Under the pieces are notes generated by a model, which was not told the DNA's origin, did no database searches, and saw only the letters and a program-made list of their open reading frames with translations. The position numbers and the translations under genes were made by a program. This document shows positions 1 to 12,450 of a stretch of 48,993 bases of DNA, piece after piece. The stretch covers positions 2,898 through 51,890 of the forward strand of contig MQRK01176970.1 of NCBI GenBank assembly GCA_001938485.1. The letters are read 5' to 3'. Within the stretch, counting starts at the first letter, position 1; each line of letters starts with the position of its first letter. This DNA comes from Girardia tigrina. Its lineage: Eukaryota.

Positions 1-1463
1 ATGAAAATATCAATAAAATACTAATTTATTTGATAAATGACGATTTCTATCACTTATTTACTAATTATATTTCTAAAAATCAAATTAGGTTAAATTGGCA
101 AAATTTCGTTATCATGTGAATTATATTTATACATTTATATTTATAAAATTCTCAATTATAAATTGAGAATCGTCTAATAACACGTTCTGCTAAAAGCAGT
201 CAGTTCACTTGTCATAAAAAAAGCTTGTCAAATGCTATACGGAAAAGGATGATTGAACAGATTTAAATAGTTAGGTAAGAAATAAAATGACTCTATCTCA
301 TTTTGTATATTTTTTGAACTGCCTGCTTTCTGCATAACTACGCTCATATGATGGTTGTTTAATCAACTTGTGTAATAGCTAATTAAATACTTTCATATGT
401 GACGATAAACCATTTTAAAATACTGTGTAATAATGCATGTTCAAACAAGCATCTCTTCCACCTCATTAAAATTATTTCATTAGATATTACATAAGTTGAT
501 TATATAGGCTCTTCGGGATTCGAACATTTTAATTATTATATTTTTGTTTTTTTAATTTAAATTATTATCATTATTATATGTTCGTTTCAAATTGGTTTCA
601 AATAAAATTAAAATAAAATTAAATGAAATTGAAATGGAAAATTAGTTCATTATTTTTTATCATTTTGAAATTATTCAATGGAAATTAAACAATTTGAATT
701 AATATTTTAAATATTTATTATGATTATTATTAGAATTATGACCTTGAGTTTTTTGTTAATCTGAATTAAATTGATTGACTTGTAAAGAAGATAGTTTTGA
801 TTATTGATAAAAATAAAGTTGGTACATCATTTTATATCGTTTTGAATTGAATAAAAAAATAATTCTTTTCTGTATGCTGAATTATGCTAATCGCGATGTT
901 AAAACAGACCGCAAATATTAAAATTACAAAAACATTAAATAATGCGACTTTCTCTGCGCCGATTCTTCTCGTCAATATTATCAAACTCGAATCGATGTTA
1001 GATCAAAATTTAAATAGAAATAATTAAATAAACGGCACAGTGTTTCTGGATGATGAGCGAATGTTGGTGTTGGATGAAGCTTACATTGATTTAAATAGAA
1101 AGCAGAATGCTTTTGGAGAAAATTATTCCAATAAAATTAATTTTTACAAAGCGAAATGTGAATCAATCAATTCGACAATCGATATTGAAATGGTTAAAAT
1201 ATTCTGTCGATTCGAAGGATTTAACGACAAATTGAATTCGACAAACGTTTTTTTTATTCATTTCTCAAAAAATTGGCCCAGCAACTGACGAACAGAATTT
1301 CCCTGCGCAACTCTGCTACCTCCGTCTGATTCTCTGGGCGACCTGAGGGTCACGCTGATCATAGGCTGTGTCGTAAAAAACGGCATTTTTTAAATACTAG
1401 TATTAATATATACACCCTATAATATAATCCCCTCCTTTCTCCAGAATAGATCGTAGGTTCATA

Positions 1464-1789
1464 GTTTTGTTTATAGTTTTTGTTTATGTATTCAAATCTA
1501 AAAAAAACAATGAATGAGAAATTTTTTAATATTAATTTTTAATTTCTTAACTTTTATTTGATAAAAAGGCATTACGTAATTTTTAAATGAACATAAAATA
1601 TATTAAATATCATTAAAAATATTATTAAAATACATAATTATAAAACTTTAATTAATTAGTACTTAAAATTAATATCATTAGATTCAAATAATCAATCAAT
1701 AAACATATCAATCCCATCTGAGTAGGAGAGTCACAAATCTAAACAGCATACAAGCAACAAAATTACAACATTCCAAATTATCCCTCACA
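1464..1789 (-). mobile_element. Probable solo LTR inserted into the left arm of the foldback element
   Basis: Splits the left arm relative to the right arm and is flanked by CATA on both sides. Minus strand begins TGTGAGGGATAA; similar sequence occurs at ~15975-16058 and ~46165-46274. Confidence 0.5.
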
Positions 1790-2273
1790 CATATATTTTC
1801 AACAGCGCCTGTCATCCTCTCTCCATAAAATGTCGGCAAGTAGTGTCGAAGAAATATTAGAGAAATACAGTCCATATTAGAAAAAACCAGGCTATACGAT
1901 GATTGAGAGAAAATGCAGTTTTTTTACGACACAGCCTATAATTAACCGTTATGTGACACTGCACGACAACGATTAGTACTCATGAACAATTTCAAAAGGT
2001 GATGGAAATAGGCATAAAATAAAAATTTACTGTCTCGGCGATTTTCTACAGCACGTCAGGATTTTAATAAAACCTTTTAATAATAAAATTTTAAACTTTC
2101 TATAAAACATGTGTAGTTCTGAAGATGAAACTGATAATAAAAAATTAAATAAAACCAGACACCACTTGCCGACTTTTTATGGAGAGAGGATGAAAGGCAG
2201 TGTTGAAAATATGTGTATGGACCTATGATCTATTCTGGAGAAAGGAGGGGATTATCTATAATGTTTATATTAA

Positions 2274-2423
2274 CCCGTTGACTACCGGAAATCCGTATAT
2301 GGGTTTACGGCTTATAACTTTTGAAAGAAGAGGAATTTTTTAATGTGGTTTGAATTACCTTTGTTACGTCTAAAACTTAAATAAAATTAACATATCTCCA
2401 AAAGAAATTCGGTAGTCAACTTG
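2274..2423. mobile_element. piggyBac-type MITE
   Basis: TTAA|CCCGTTGACTACCG ... CGGTAGTCAAC(ttg)|TAAA; TTAA target and CCC terminus, right end degraded. Confidence 0.65.
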
Positions 2424-2719
2424 TAAATACACGTAATTAAAAATGCCGTTTTTTTACGACACAGCCTATATATATATATATATAACAATTTATGTAATAT
2501 CTAATTAAATAATTTCAATGAAGTGGAATAGAGGCTTCTTGAAAAGGTTTTAAATATAAAATTCAATTTTTTATTTTTTAAATTATTTGGTCTACAAGAT
2601 GTCGGTCAAATTCTGTGTTAAAACGAATAAATGGAATTAGAAATCATTTATTAATTGAAAAATGTTTAATTAATTTCAATCATTTTTGTTAGAAATCCTG
2701 GTTGTTTATGTTGACGTCT

Positions 2720-3120
2720 GAATGCTTCAGGATTTGTGTCAAATTTGTATTAAATAATCAGCTATTATATTCCTTTGTTTGAAACGGGAACCAAGTACTT
2801 CTGCTATTTCATTCGTCATACTTGAATTACATAATTAAAATTTTGTTCTGTTACAAAATTTGGTATATTGTAACTTAATTCACTAAGTGTAGAAATAAAT
2901 TCCGATACATTACTTGATGAAACATTGGAGGATGCAGAAGGTACTGATTCCATTGACTAAATTTGGTTCTTCTGCGTATCTTTCTTCTGGAGAAGCAGTT
3001 AGATTTTCTATAGAACGTACTCTAGCATAAAAAACATATTCAAATTTCGCATGCTCGATTCTTTCACGATGATTGTATTTATAACCAACAGTTTTGGATA
3101 CTGTTAGAGTTGATTCGACG
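2720..3120 (-). pseudogene. Degraded Chapaev-like transposase N-terminal remnant
   Basis: Minus-strand peptides PNFVTEQNFNY...AEVLGSRFKQRNII resemble the Chapaev3 motif PHLI.Q.ELNDL...AELLGSRL.QWNLL; multiple frameshifts. Confidence 0.4.
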
Positions 3121-3769
3121 GAATAGAAATTTTTGAATATAATAAGAAATTTAACTAATTACTACAGAATATCCTGAAAATTAAATTATTACTTAACATC
3201 AATAATTCTTTAAATCTTTAAAAAGAAAATTACAAAGTCCAAGTTTATCGTTATCAAGAAAAGTTCCTAAGAAGATTTTGAAACATTAAATTAAAAAAAC
3301 AACAATTAATTCTTAAAAGAATAAATGTTATTTAAATAATCACAATTTTGTATTGGTTGGTGAAAATTTTGAATTGTAATTTTAAAAATACAATTTTATC
3401 ATTATTAAATTTTGAGTGATTAATTCGCGTTAGTAAATTTTAATTTTTATCTAATTTTGTTTATTCGGGCGCGGGACCAATGAGTGAGAAAGCCAGTGAC
3501 TCTAACAGATACCATAAACAAAAATAACAAGCAATAGGTGAATGTTCAGTATGTGATAGCCAAATAAACAGTTGAATGTATTTAAGATGATGTTTTGCTG
3601 ATTTCTTACTTATCCATTTTGTAAAACACAGACAACAATATTCACAAACACCTTCAGGAATATACCACAAATATGGTACATTAACTACTGCAAAATAACC
3701 TTCAAATCCACTAACCGCACTTCGCAGTTTATTACGTAAAGGTTTTTGAGAAACTAACGAACGTAAAAT

Positions 3770-6600
3770 TAGAAAAGGCAGATATTAAATTAAATTGTGC
3801 GAACAGTAGTCAACTAGATGGTATGGATAAAATTTCAGTGGACGTAGAAATTAAAGAAAAACGGAGAAATATAATGTTCATTGTAGTAAATGACGTAAAA
3901 CCAGACATAATATGAGGAATAGAACTGCAGATGGCGTTTGGAATCGAGTTACATTGGAAAAAGAAAGAAAATGGTGTGAACGAACAATTTTATCAAGTAT
4001 GTAACTTAGAAGCCAAATTTGGACGTAAGGTTACAAACGAGGAAAGATTCAAAAGAGCCATGGAAATTATGAAAATTATAGATAAACCAAAGATTGTTGA
4101 TATTGTTAAAAAAACATCAAGGAGTTTTTGTGGCGGATAAATGGGATATCGGATGTACGACGATGATTAAACATAGAATAGATACGAAAGGACCTCCAAT
4201 TAACCTTAGACCACATAGGCAACCAGTTAATCTCGAAAAAAAGATCGATGAGACTATTAAGAATTTATGGGAAAACAACATTATTAAGAAATGTAATTCA
4301 CCATGGAATACGCCGATGATTTGTGTATGGAAGAAAGAAAAGAATGATGTTAGAATTTGCTTGGATTTTAGACAGCTAAACCTAATCACGGAGAGACAGG
4401 CATTTCTTATGCCAAATATGATAGAAATGATGAACAGATTGTATGGAACCAGATATTTCACATCAATCGATTTAGGCAATGCATACTACCAGGTCGAACT
4501 AGAGGAAGATCCAAAGTTAAAAACTGCATTTTCAAGCAGCTAGGACAATTTTGTTTCAATAGAATACCGTTTGGTATAGCAATGGCACCGGGAACTTTTC
4601 AGGAACTGATGACAAAAGTGCTCGGAGGCATAGAACAGACAGTGGTATATTTAGATGACATTCTTATATTTTCAAAATCGTTGGAACATTACGAAACTTT
4701 GGATAAAGTATTGGACTAAATCGAGAAAGCAGGTTTAAGAAGTAATCCGGAAAAGTACCATACCTTAAAAACGGAATTTAAATTTTTGGGACATGTAATT
4801 AATGATAAAGGTATACAGACGGACCCATCTAAATTAGAAGCCATAAAGACATTGAAAAACCGAAATGTATAAAGAATCTAAGAAGTTTCCTTGGAACTTG
4901 CAATTATTACAGACGATTTATTAAGGACTACGCAATAAAAGTCAAGATATTGGAACAACTGTGAGGACTGAACAAGAAGAAGTTGTTATGGACAGACGCA
5001 TTTGATGTAGCATTTGCAGAGATGAAAGAGGCTTTAACAACACCACCTATTCTAGGATTCCCAGACTTCCAGAAAGAATTTATACTGGACACTGATGCTA
5101 GTTTCGACACGATTGGAGCAGTATTATCCCAAAGAGACAAGAACGTACGTGAATAATCATGAAAAAGAATACTGCATTACTAGGTAAGAGCTGTTGTCAA
5201 TGTATTACTTCTGTCAGCATTTTAATCATTATTTATATTCACATTGAGAACGGATTATAAGACAATTACGTTTATGGTTAAAACAAAAAACACGATAACG
5301 GTACAATTTCAGACATGGATATATCAAGCCTGGACATACACTTAGAATACAGAAAAGAAAGAGATCATTCCAACGCGGATATGTTGTCTCGGAACACATG
5401 TGATACATGTACGCAATGCTTGATGGCTCATGAAGATGCTAAAATGATGAAGATAAAGACTCGAAAAATCAACGTGCTGGATACATTGAAGATATTCAAA
5501 TATCAACAAGAAGAAATAGACGAAATTAAAAGAGACCCAAGTTCAGGTAAAGACAGAAAGCTTACGATTGAGGATCGCATAATAAGAACAAACATGGGGA
5601 AGATTTGGATACCTAAGTCAAAAAAAATGGTCATACGCTATTGTCGCACGCGGACGCATAGAAAGTAACGAAATACATCTCAGAAAATTATGACATGATC
5701 AATCGGAATGAAATAATAAAAGAAGTAATTGGACAATGTGAAGCATGCAAAAAACGTAAAACATTAACGAACGTTATGAAGGAAAAAAGTGTGACATTGG
5801 TCGCAAATGAACCATTTGAGAAAGTTTACATAGACATATGCGGACCACTAAAGGAGACTTGGAGAAGAAAAAAGTATATTGTTGCAATCATAGATCAGTT
5901 TAGTAGGTACATATCTTTGACAGCCATTAGCAAGCAGGATGAAATAACCATAAAAAACACCATATTGACCACATGGATCTTGAAATTTAGAGCACCGAAA
6001 GAAATACATACAGATTGTGGCTAGGTAATCAAAAACATGGCAGAATCAATGAATATAAAAATTTGTTACTCGAGTATGTACCATCATAACACGAATGGAA
6101 TATTAGAAAAACAATTTCGGACGTTTAGAGAATATTTAAACGCATCGTTTTACATACAAAGAAAGGATCAGACTGGGAGGAACTACTACTGGAAATAGAA
6201 TTCACATTAAAAGCAAATTTTCAGAAAAGAAAAAAGAAGAGCCTAGCGGAAATTATATTCGGTAAGAAAATATACAGATAAAGTCAAGACATAAAGTTAC
6301 AGCAAGAAAAAGAAGACACAATAACCAGAAGAAATTTCGAAATTGTAGATGAAGTACTAGTGAAGGTGGAAACGGGGATAAAGAGTAAAGATAAATATGA
6401 AGGACCGTATAAAGTGGTAGAGAAAACACACGACAGAAGGTATAAACTAATAAATGAAGATGGAAGAATTTTAGATCGAAACGTAGAAAAATTGAGAAAA
6501 TTCTTAAAGAAGGGGATATGAGGGTTTAATTTAAATTTTGTTGTTAAAAACTGAATCCTGATATTGATGTTGCAACCACTTCTCACAGAAATATTATATT
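3770..6600 (+). mobile_element. Decayed Ty3/Gypsy LTR retrotransposon pol (protease tail, RT, RNase H, integrase), PPT and start of 3' LTR
   Basis: RT motifs SPWNTP, RICLDFRQLN, SIDLGNAYYQV, YLDDILIF (4648); RNase H FILDTDAS.TIGAVLSQ; integrase PFEKVYIDICGPL, IHTDCG, YEGPYKV; purine tract AAAGAAGGGGATA 6506-6518 then TG. Many stops and frameshifts. Confidence 0.95.
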
Positions 6601-8011
6601 ATTAAAAAATATATTATTCTTTTTTCTCCTTTCATTCTTCTGAAAAACAAAAGTGTTGACGAAATACTTTTGATATTGAAATTAAAAAAATTAATTTAAT
6701 TAAATTTAAAAATAATTGTTCTCAATTTCCTGATTATCATTTTTTATTTTCCTTTTTCGTATATTTTTTCCCATTAGTATTTTTTAGATAATTCATGAAA
6801 TATTTTCTCTCTACATTTTTCAAAGAAAACAAAAGAGATAAAAAAAGGATTTAATTAAAACTGTCATCTTTTAATTTCGACAGATTGAGATTTACATAAA
6901 GTGTTTTATTCGGCATTATTCTCCGATTTTCTTTGTCGCAATTTTATTTCTTCGTCGCATTTATGAGGGAAAATATATTTCAAATAAAATGATTATTTTA
7001 CCTGTTTTATTTTCGTTTGTGAAAATATAAGCAAAGAATTCTTTTTGCAAAAACAAAACAAAGTTTTTCTTAATCATTCAGCAATATTTAATGACAAAAA
7101 TATAAAAAACCTGTCTAGCAAAAAAATATAAATAATGAAAATATTTAAAATAATATTTTAAGAGATAAAGAAAGTTTGAGGAACATCGCCGACAGAGTGA
7201 TGAATGAGGGAATAAAACTGCGTGTTAAAAATAAAGATATGAATAAATATATAAATATATATTTACAGTATAAATTTAAATGCTAGTAAAAAGCATGATG
7301 AATAATAGTTTTATTTTATAAAAGGCTAATTTTAAATTTGTTTGAATTTGTTTGAATATATTTATTTTTAAATTTTGCACATTGTGAAGAGTTAGTTAAT
7401 TTTGATTTCGCTGACAAATTTTAATAATTTAGAAATGATTAAAATGTTTAACATAATTTTAAAATATTTTAAATTAAATTAAGATTTCAAAATTAATAAT
7501 ATAATTGAAATAGAATATATCTTATAATATCTAATTTCTGGAAATAATTAAATTTGAGCTATAAATAATTTTTAATATGGTAAAATAAAATGATTACCTA
7601 AATTTTAAGCTTTTTAATGTTTTAAAATGAATCGAACCGATTTTTAATTATAAAAGATTACAAATATTTTAAAAAAAATTATTTTTAATTAATATTATTT
7701 TGGAAAATTTTGTATTAATTTTAAATATTTCGCAAAGAATTATTTATTTTTAAAAGGTGTGTTATTTTAGAATAAATTTTGATTGATTTAGAAATTATTT
7801 TGATGTTTTAATTTTTAGAAATTTAATCAGAATTTGATTGTTTAGATAAATGTAGGCTTATTGATTATAAAAAAAAGTTTGAAAATTTGTTTGAAATAAA
7901 AATGTGTATGTGTGACAATAACGAATTCAATGAAATTGAATTAATACAGTTCAATTCGCATGGGGGGCCCATCTCGAAGTAGACCGAAATAAAATGAATT
8001 AAAATTCGAAA

Positions 8012-8194
8012 AAAATAAATATCCCAAAGAAGACAAAATTATTTCTTGACCAAGCGTTTAGAGAACGTGAAAATGCACTTGCTATTCATCAGAAATTCAT
8101 GGAAGACCTTTGTCAACTCCGTGTAAATACAGCTACAAGTTATGTTGAAATCAAAGAAAATCCAATTTCTTCACGGAAAATCTTTGGAAAATGA
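8012..8194 (+). pseudogene. BBS1: Isolated fragment of Bardet-Biedl syndrome 1 (BBSome subunit)
   Basis: KINIPKKTKLFLDQAFRERENALAIHQKFMEDLCQLRVNTATSY matches the recalled BBS1 segment [44 protein letters not shown]; no start codon, ends in TGA at 8192-8194. Confidence 0.8.
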
Positions 8195-9097
8195 ATTTAT
8201 AACAGACTTGAATATTTAACGATACTTATCAACAGTCTCATCAACGTCAAAGATATTCACAAAGCCCTTTCGAATTTCAGTCATGCTAGTCATACTTTCC
8301 ATAGTTCAATAAATTGATAAGATCATTAGATTTGCCCCAGTTGTACAAATATTCTTTCCATTTAATCAGTGAAATTTCAATACAGAATTTCCCGGTCAAA
8401 TTGTGATATAAATTTGAAAAAAAATTTTTCAAATCAAAAATTGTTTTGATGCAAATTGTAGTTGATAGTTATGGTAATTTTTGAAACTAAAAACTCACCC
8501 AGACGAAACATCACTGGACATGGAAGAATCATTTTGTGTTTCGATCGATTGCGAATTTTTTAAACAAAATACTGTTTGATAAATGCGAAAATATTTTTAA
8601 TGTGTATTGTCAAGTTTTTTTTGGAGTATTTTATAATAAATTATAAAAAAATAAATAAAAAGAGTGATCGAGAAAAAAAATGATGCATAAAAACGATCAA
8701 AAAATAATAATAATAACAAATCAAAAAATGCCAAATGGCACAAAATTATTAAATATAAATTAAAAAAAAACTATTTATCAAAACAAATTGGAGTTTTTGT
8801 GTGCATGATGAAATTTGTGTTTTGTTTTAGTCGATTAATTAATGTAAAATTGTTGGCAGAATTGGAATTTATTTATAGAAATTAATTGTGAGTGATTCGA
8901 TTTGAAAATAAAAGAATCGTTTGGTGAAATTATTTCGGAAATTTTCAAATTGTTTTGTTGGAAATAATAAAAATTTGGCGCGGAGATTTTTTTATTTGAT
9001 TTGAAGTTATGTATGGCGAATTTCACGGTGAGGAATTACATCAATGTTGGTCGAAATTATGCATCGTTGGTCGAGAAGTCGAAGAGTTTTTGTCGTT

Positions 9098-9373
9098 CTT
9101 GATCATTGTAATGAAATTATCGAACTTGATCCAAAGAATTGCACGTGTTGTGCTGTGCGTTTCGAAAGAGGAGAATATGTTCGATGTATTATGGTGTTTT
9201 ATAAAACTGTTGAAGTCGGACGTGAAAATCGGACTGATTATAAATCAATCGCCAAAGCCTGTTCAAGAGCGGAGAATGTTCATTTAAAATTAGATGATCT
9301 AATCAGCGCGAAGAAACATTTTGAAAAATCTTTATCGGAACACCGTGTTCCAGACATTGTTAAAAAATTAACG
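9098..9373 (+). pseudogene. STIP1: Fragment of STI1/HOP co-chaperone (TPR2A domain)
   Basis: IELDPKN..AVRFERGEY...EVGRENRTDYKSIAKACSR...FEKSLSEHRVPDIVKK matches the recalled HOP motif ELDP...AVYFEKGDY...EVGRENREDYRQIAKAYAR...YNKSLAEHRTPDVLKK; small internal deletion, both ends missing. Confidence 0.9.
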
Positions 9374-9529
9374 AATTGTTCGATCGACATTGAGTGTGGT
9401 GGAGTTGCTTTGAGATGATGGAGAATAAGTGTTTGACGCAGTTGTTTGAAATTGAGGACGGGACTGGAGCGGCGAGCCGCAGAGATCTAGCGATCGAGAT
9501 GAGCGAGGAAGATGGAAGTTAGATTACGT

Positions 9530-10600
9530 TGTGTTCCCCCCCTGCTCCAGAAGCACTGATTTCTCAACCCCGGGACGCCGCAACCACGCTGCACCCTCTC
9601 TCGTGCCAACAAATACTTCAATTAACTCACAACAATTGACACCGATTCAAATGAAAAGGTCATATTTCAATTATTTAAACAATAATTCAGCATGTAACAT
9701 TCACATTCTCCTTGCCCTTAAGGCACACAAGCACACCTTCTGCACATGTCGGAACCTTTGACACTTCGCAATTCTTACGTGTTCACACATACGAAATAGC
9801 CAAATCGCGTTAGTCTTGGAACTGTTCGATATGGCCGCCCTTAGGGAGTTGTATTTTACTGTCTTTGTTCTTCATCATTATCTGATTCACCGAATATAAT
9901 CCTGTCAACCGTAATTACTCACTATTCTTCAATAATCTCGATTTAGTTTTGCGGCCGCTGGACGCGGACCGCTTTTTAAGGCCGGTGCTCATCACTAATG
10001 TAACATTGGTAATGTTATAGGGCACATAATTTACTTTCACTAGATGCACTGAGGTCACCGCAGTTACCATTGTAAGCTTCCGTTGTAACATATTAATGTG
10101 ATTGGAAGCTGGTTTTACAAAAACTTCGTCCTCAACCATTAGCTCCTTTTCGATTGTCGAGTTCTGATTTATTATCTAGTGCTGCGATATTGGCCGTATC
10201 AATGCAAGTGTTTAGGCAAAAACAGCTTGCGATTCTGCGAGAATACAGTTGATAACGGGATGACACCGTCTGCTTTTGGTGTTGCATTTCTTCTATAATT
10301 ATACTATCATTGAATATATCAAAATCTATTGTCATCTTTTCTTGAGAAACACATACAAGAGCATAAAGAAAGTTTATCTTTGATCCAAAACTTGCATTTT
10401 GTTCGTATACTTCCTTTAATCCCCCAGCTCGAATATTTTACATATGTTCGAGTATGAGATAGGTAAAAGAAAGAAGCAATCTCTTTGTAAAAATTTCGAG
10501 AATTCTTCAATAATAGCATGATGGTGCAAGAGCGGGCGCAGCGATTTTGTGGCTGCGGCACGCCAGCGACGGGGAGCGAGCATCCGGTCTGGGGGTCACA
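9530..10600 (-). mobile_element. Element with GC-rich TGTG...CACA imperfect inverted ends enclosing a Gypsy-type integrase C-terminal remnant
   Basis: Left arm GCCGCAACCACGCTGCACCCTCTCTCGTGCCA vs reverse-complemented right arm GCCGCAGCCAC(AAAATC)GCTGCGCCCGCTCTTGCACCA. Internal peptides NATPKADGVIP and DEVFVKP...VTAVTSVHLVKV resemble the integrase tail at 22283-22820. Confidence 0.6.
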
Positions 10601-11291
10601 TTTAAAATTTTTACCTCGAGACTCAGGTTGATGACGATCGGGATAATGGCCGTAAATATTCGAGATGATTCGGCCTTCGAAGAGTTTCCAAGATGGTTTC
10701 CATTTTCATCAGTCACTGAAATACTAGTACTGATCTCATAAGATCTCATACAAGGTATGTTGACACAATTAGCTGCTACTACAGCCACAAAAGGAACAAG
10801 ATGTGCAACCAAAAGAGGTAGATTCGCTACTTGTTTGTTGATAAGCAAAGCTGTGGATACAGCACCCGATGTCGGTAGTCTCGAATTTGATATTTGATTG
10901 TCGCCGCTTCTGTTTGTGTAATTGACTACAGCATTAAACGTTTGATTAATCCATTGCCGAAACAGAACATCCGACCAAGTCTTATAAAATTGAAGCATTC
11001 CTCCAGTAATAAACATATTGCCGGGAACCTGGAACGACATTCGTCCAAAGAGAATCATCTTTTTCCCGTTTCTGGATGGAATGCCGAATTATAGATCTGT
11101 TTAACTTTCCGCAATTGATCCTCTGTCAGATCACCATTCACTTTGTCTTGTCGATAATTAACGACGATTTCTTTTGCTTTCTCGAGTTCTTGTGACGATT
11201 TAAAAATATTCAAAGGATTTGTGGTTATGAAGAAATGTTTTGCTCGACCCGAATACGTGCTTTGATCGTATCTAGGTTTCTCAATATTCAT
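10601..11291 (-). pseudogene. SFXN: Intronless, frameshifted, 3'-truncated sideroflexin
   Basis: MNIEKPRYDQSTYSGRAKHFFITTNPLN...SAFHPETG / MILFGRMSFQVPGNM...QWINQTFNAVVNYTNRSG...PFVAVVAANCVNIP. One-base frameshift at ~11060 (GGA AAA AG ATG), conserved Trp->Arg changes, two short in-frame deletions, cut at 10600. Confidence 0.92.
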
Positions 11292-11599
11292 CTTCAACGG
11301 ATTTATTCAAATCTTTCTCTTTCGAAAAAAAAATTCAAAACTCTCAAATATCACTGCAACAACAGTTTATTAAAGTAAAATGTCGGATCAATTTCAAATA
11401 ATAATAAAAATGGCGACTTTCGCTATTTTAAAACTTTTTGCTCCGAAAATTATAAACTGATCGATTAAAACAAATTCGATCGAAAAATTCGAAATAAAAA
11501 AACTGTCCAATCAGAAAGGCCGAATAAATTTTATTATAATAATAAAAACACACACACACACACAAACATTATACAGAAATGTCGATAAGGCCACACGGA

Positions 11600-12450
11600 T
11601 TCTTTAAAATCGAATATTCTCCCGCTCAATATTTCTTCCTCTTTTGATCGATCGAAAATATTCGAATTTATTTCCCGTAAACATTTGTCATAAAATCGAA
11701 ATTCTCATTAACTCGTGAAAGAATCGCCGAAAGAATGAGTTCCGATTCATTACTAAACGATTGATCGGTTTGTTCATTAATAAATTTCAAATAATTCAAT
11801 AAAATTTCAATTGATTTAATGAAAGGAGAACAGTAAATAAAATCTCCGTAAAAACATTTCATCATTAAATTTATAACTGGAATTATTCGACTCGATCCAA
11901 TCGATATCGAATATCGTTAACAATAAACCACACAACACCAAAATCTTTTCCATCAACCGATCACTTCGTTGAATCAATTTCGTTTGCAATGAATTAAAAT
12001 TAAAATCGATAAATTTCGAAACGAATTTCTTTCCGATTTCAATGATAAATTTCGAACGATTAATAATAGACATATCGTTTCGACATAGAGGACAATTTTG
12101 TCATCGTTTTCCAATGACAAATATTCCACGAGAATTTCCACCAATTCTGACTTCTTTTTTTTCAAATTTCCATAAAATATCGACGAATTTTTCGATTATT
12201 TTCGTTTCAAAAGTGCAATTTTCTGATTTTATTGATTTCAGAAGATAATTAACGAGATCGAGCGATTGTTTCGTGATGATCGACTGAATACGTTGATAAA
12301 TCGCAATTAGAAACTATTTCCAACATAATTCGTTCGGAAATTGATTGAGTTTTTGTAGGAGTTTCTGATGTCGATAAATTCAACAGCGTTCAAAATTCTC
12401 GTGTGATACCATTGTTTATCGGAATTATTTAAACAACTTCGATATTTGAT
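11600..12450 (-). pseudogene. Frameshifted remnant of an unidentified helical (HEAT/ARM-like?) protein
   Basis: Overlapping minus-strand ORFs (11974-12165, 11816-12073, 11668-11865) form a continuous amphipathic, protein-like read across frameshifts; same TCGA-rich texture as the adjacent gene fragments. Confidence 0.4.

Larger units (their letters stand above)
1364..2466. mobile_element. Non-autonomous TIR/foldback element (family unassigned) with nested insertions
   Basis: TIR GGCTGTGTCGTAAAAAACGGCATTTT at 1364; reverse complement ends at 2466 and a second right end ends at 1936; TA flanks. Internal arms ~1420-1463 plus ~1790-1847 are inverted relative to ~2158-2255. Confidence 0.8.

Noticed and set aside
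505-525. tRNA B-box (GTTCGAATCCC on minus strand)
   Set aside because: No A-box or cloverleaf around it; at most a SINE scrap.
3470-3760. Possible Merlin/IS1595-like transposase N-terminal zinc finger
   Set aside because: Only a loose Cys pattern (CSVCD...CKTQTTIF); no catalytic motif or TIR found.
4117-4479. Antisense ORFs over TEs (also 30137-30610, 31144-31485, 18712-19017, 6284-6586)
   Set aside because: Shadow frames of Gypsy genes with no independent motifs.
11055-11066. Programmed frameshift or RNA editing restoring sideroflexin
   Set aside because: The copy also has deletions, Trp->Arg changes and lacks its C-terminal helices.
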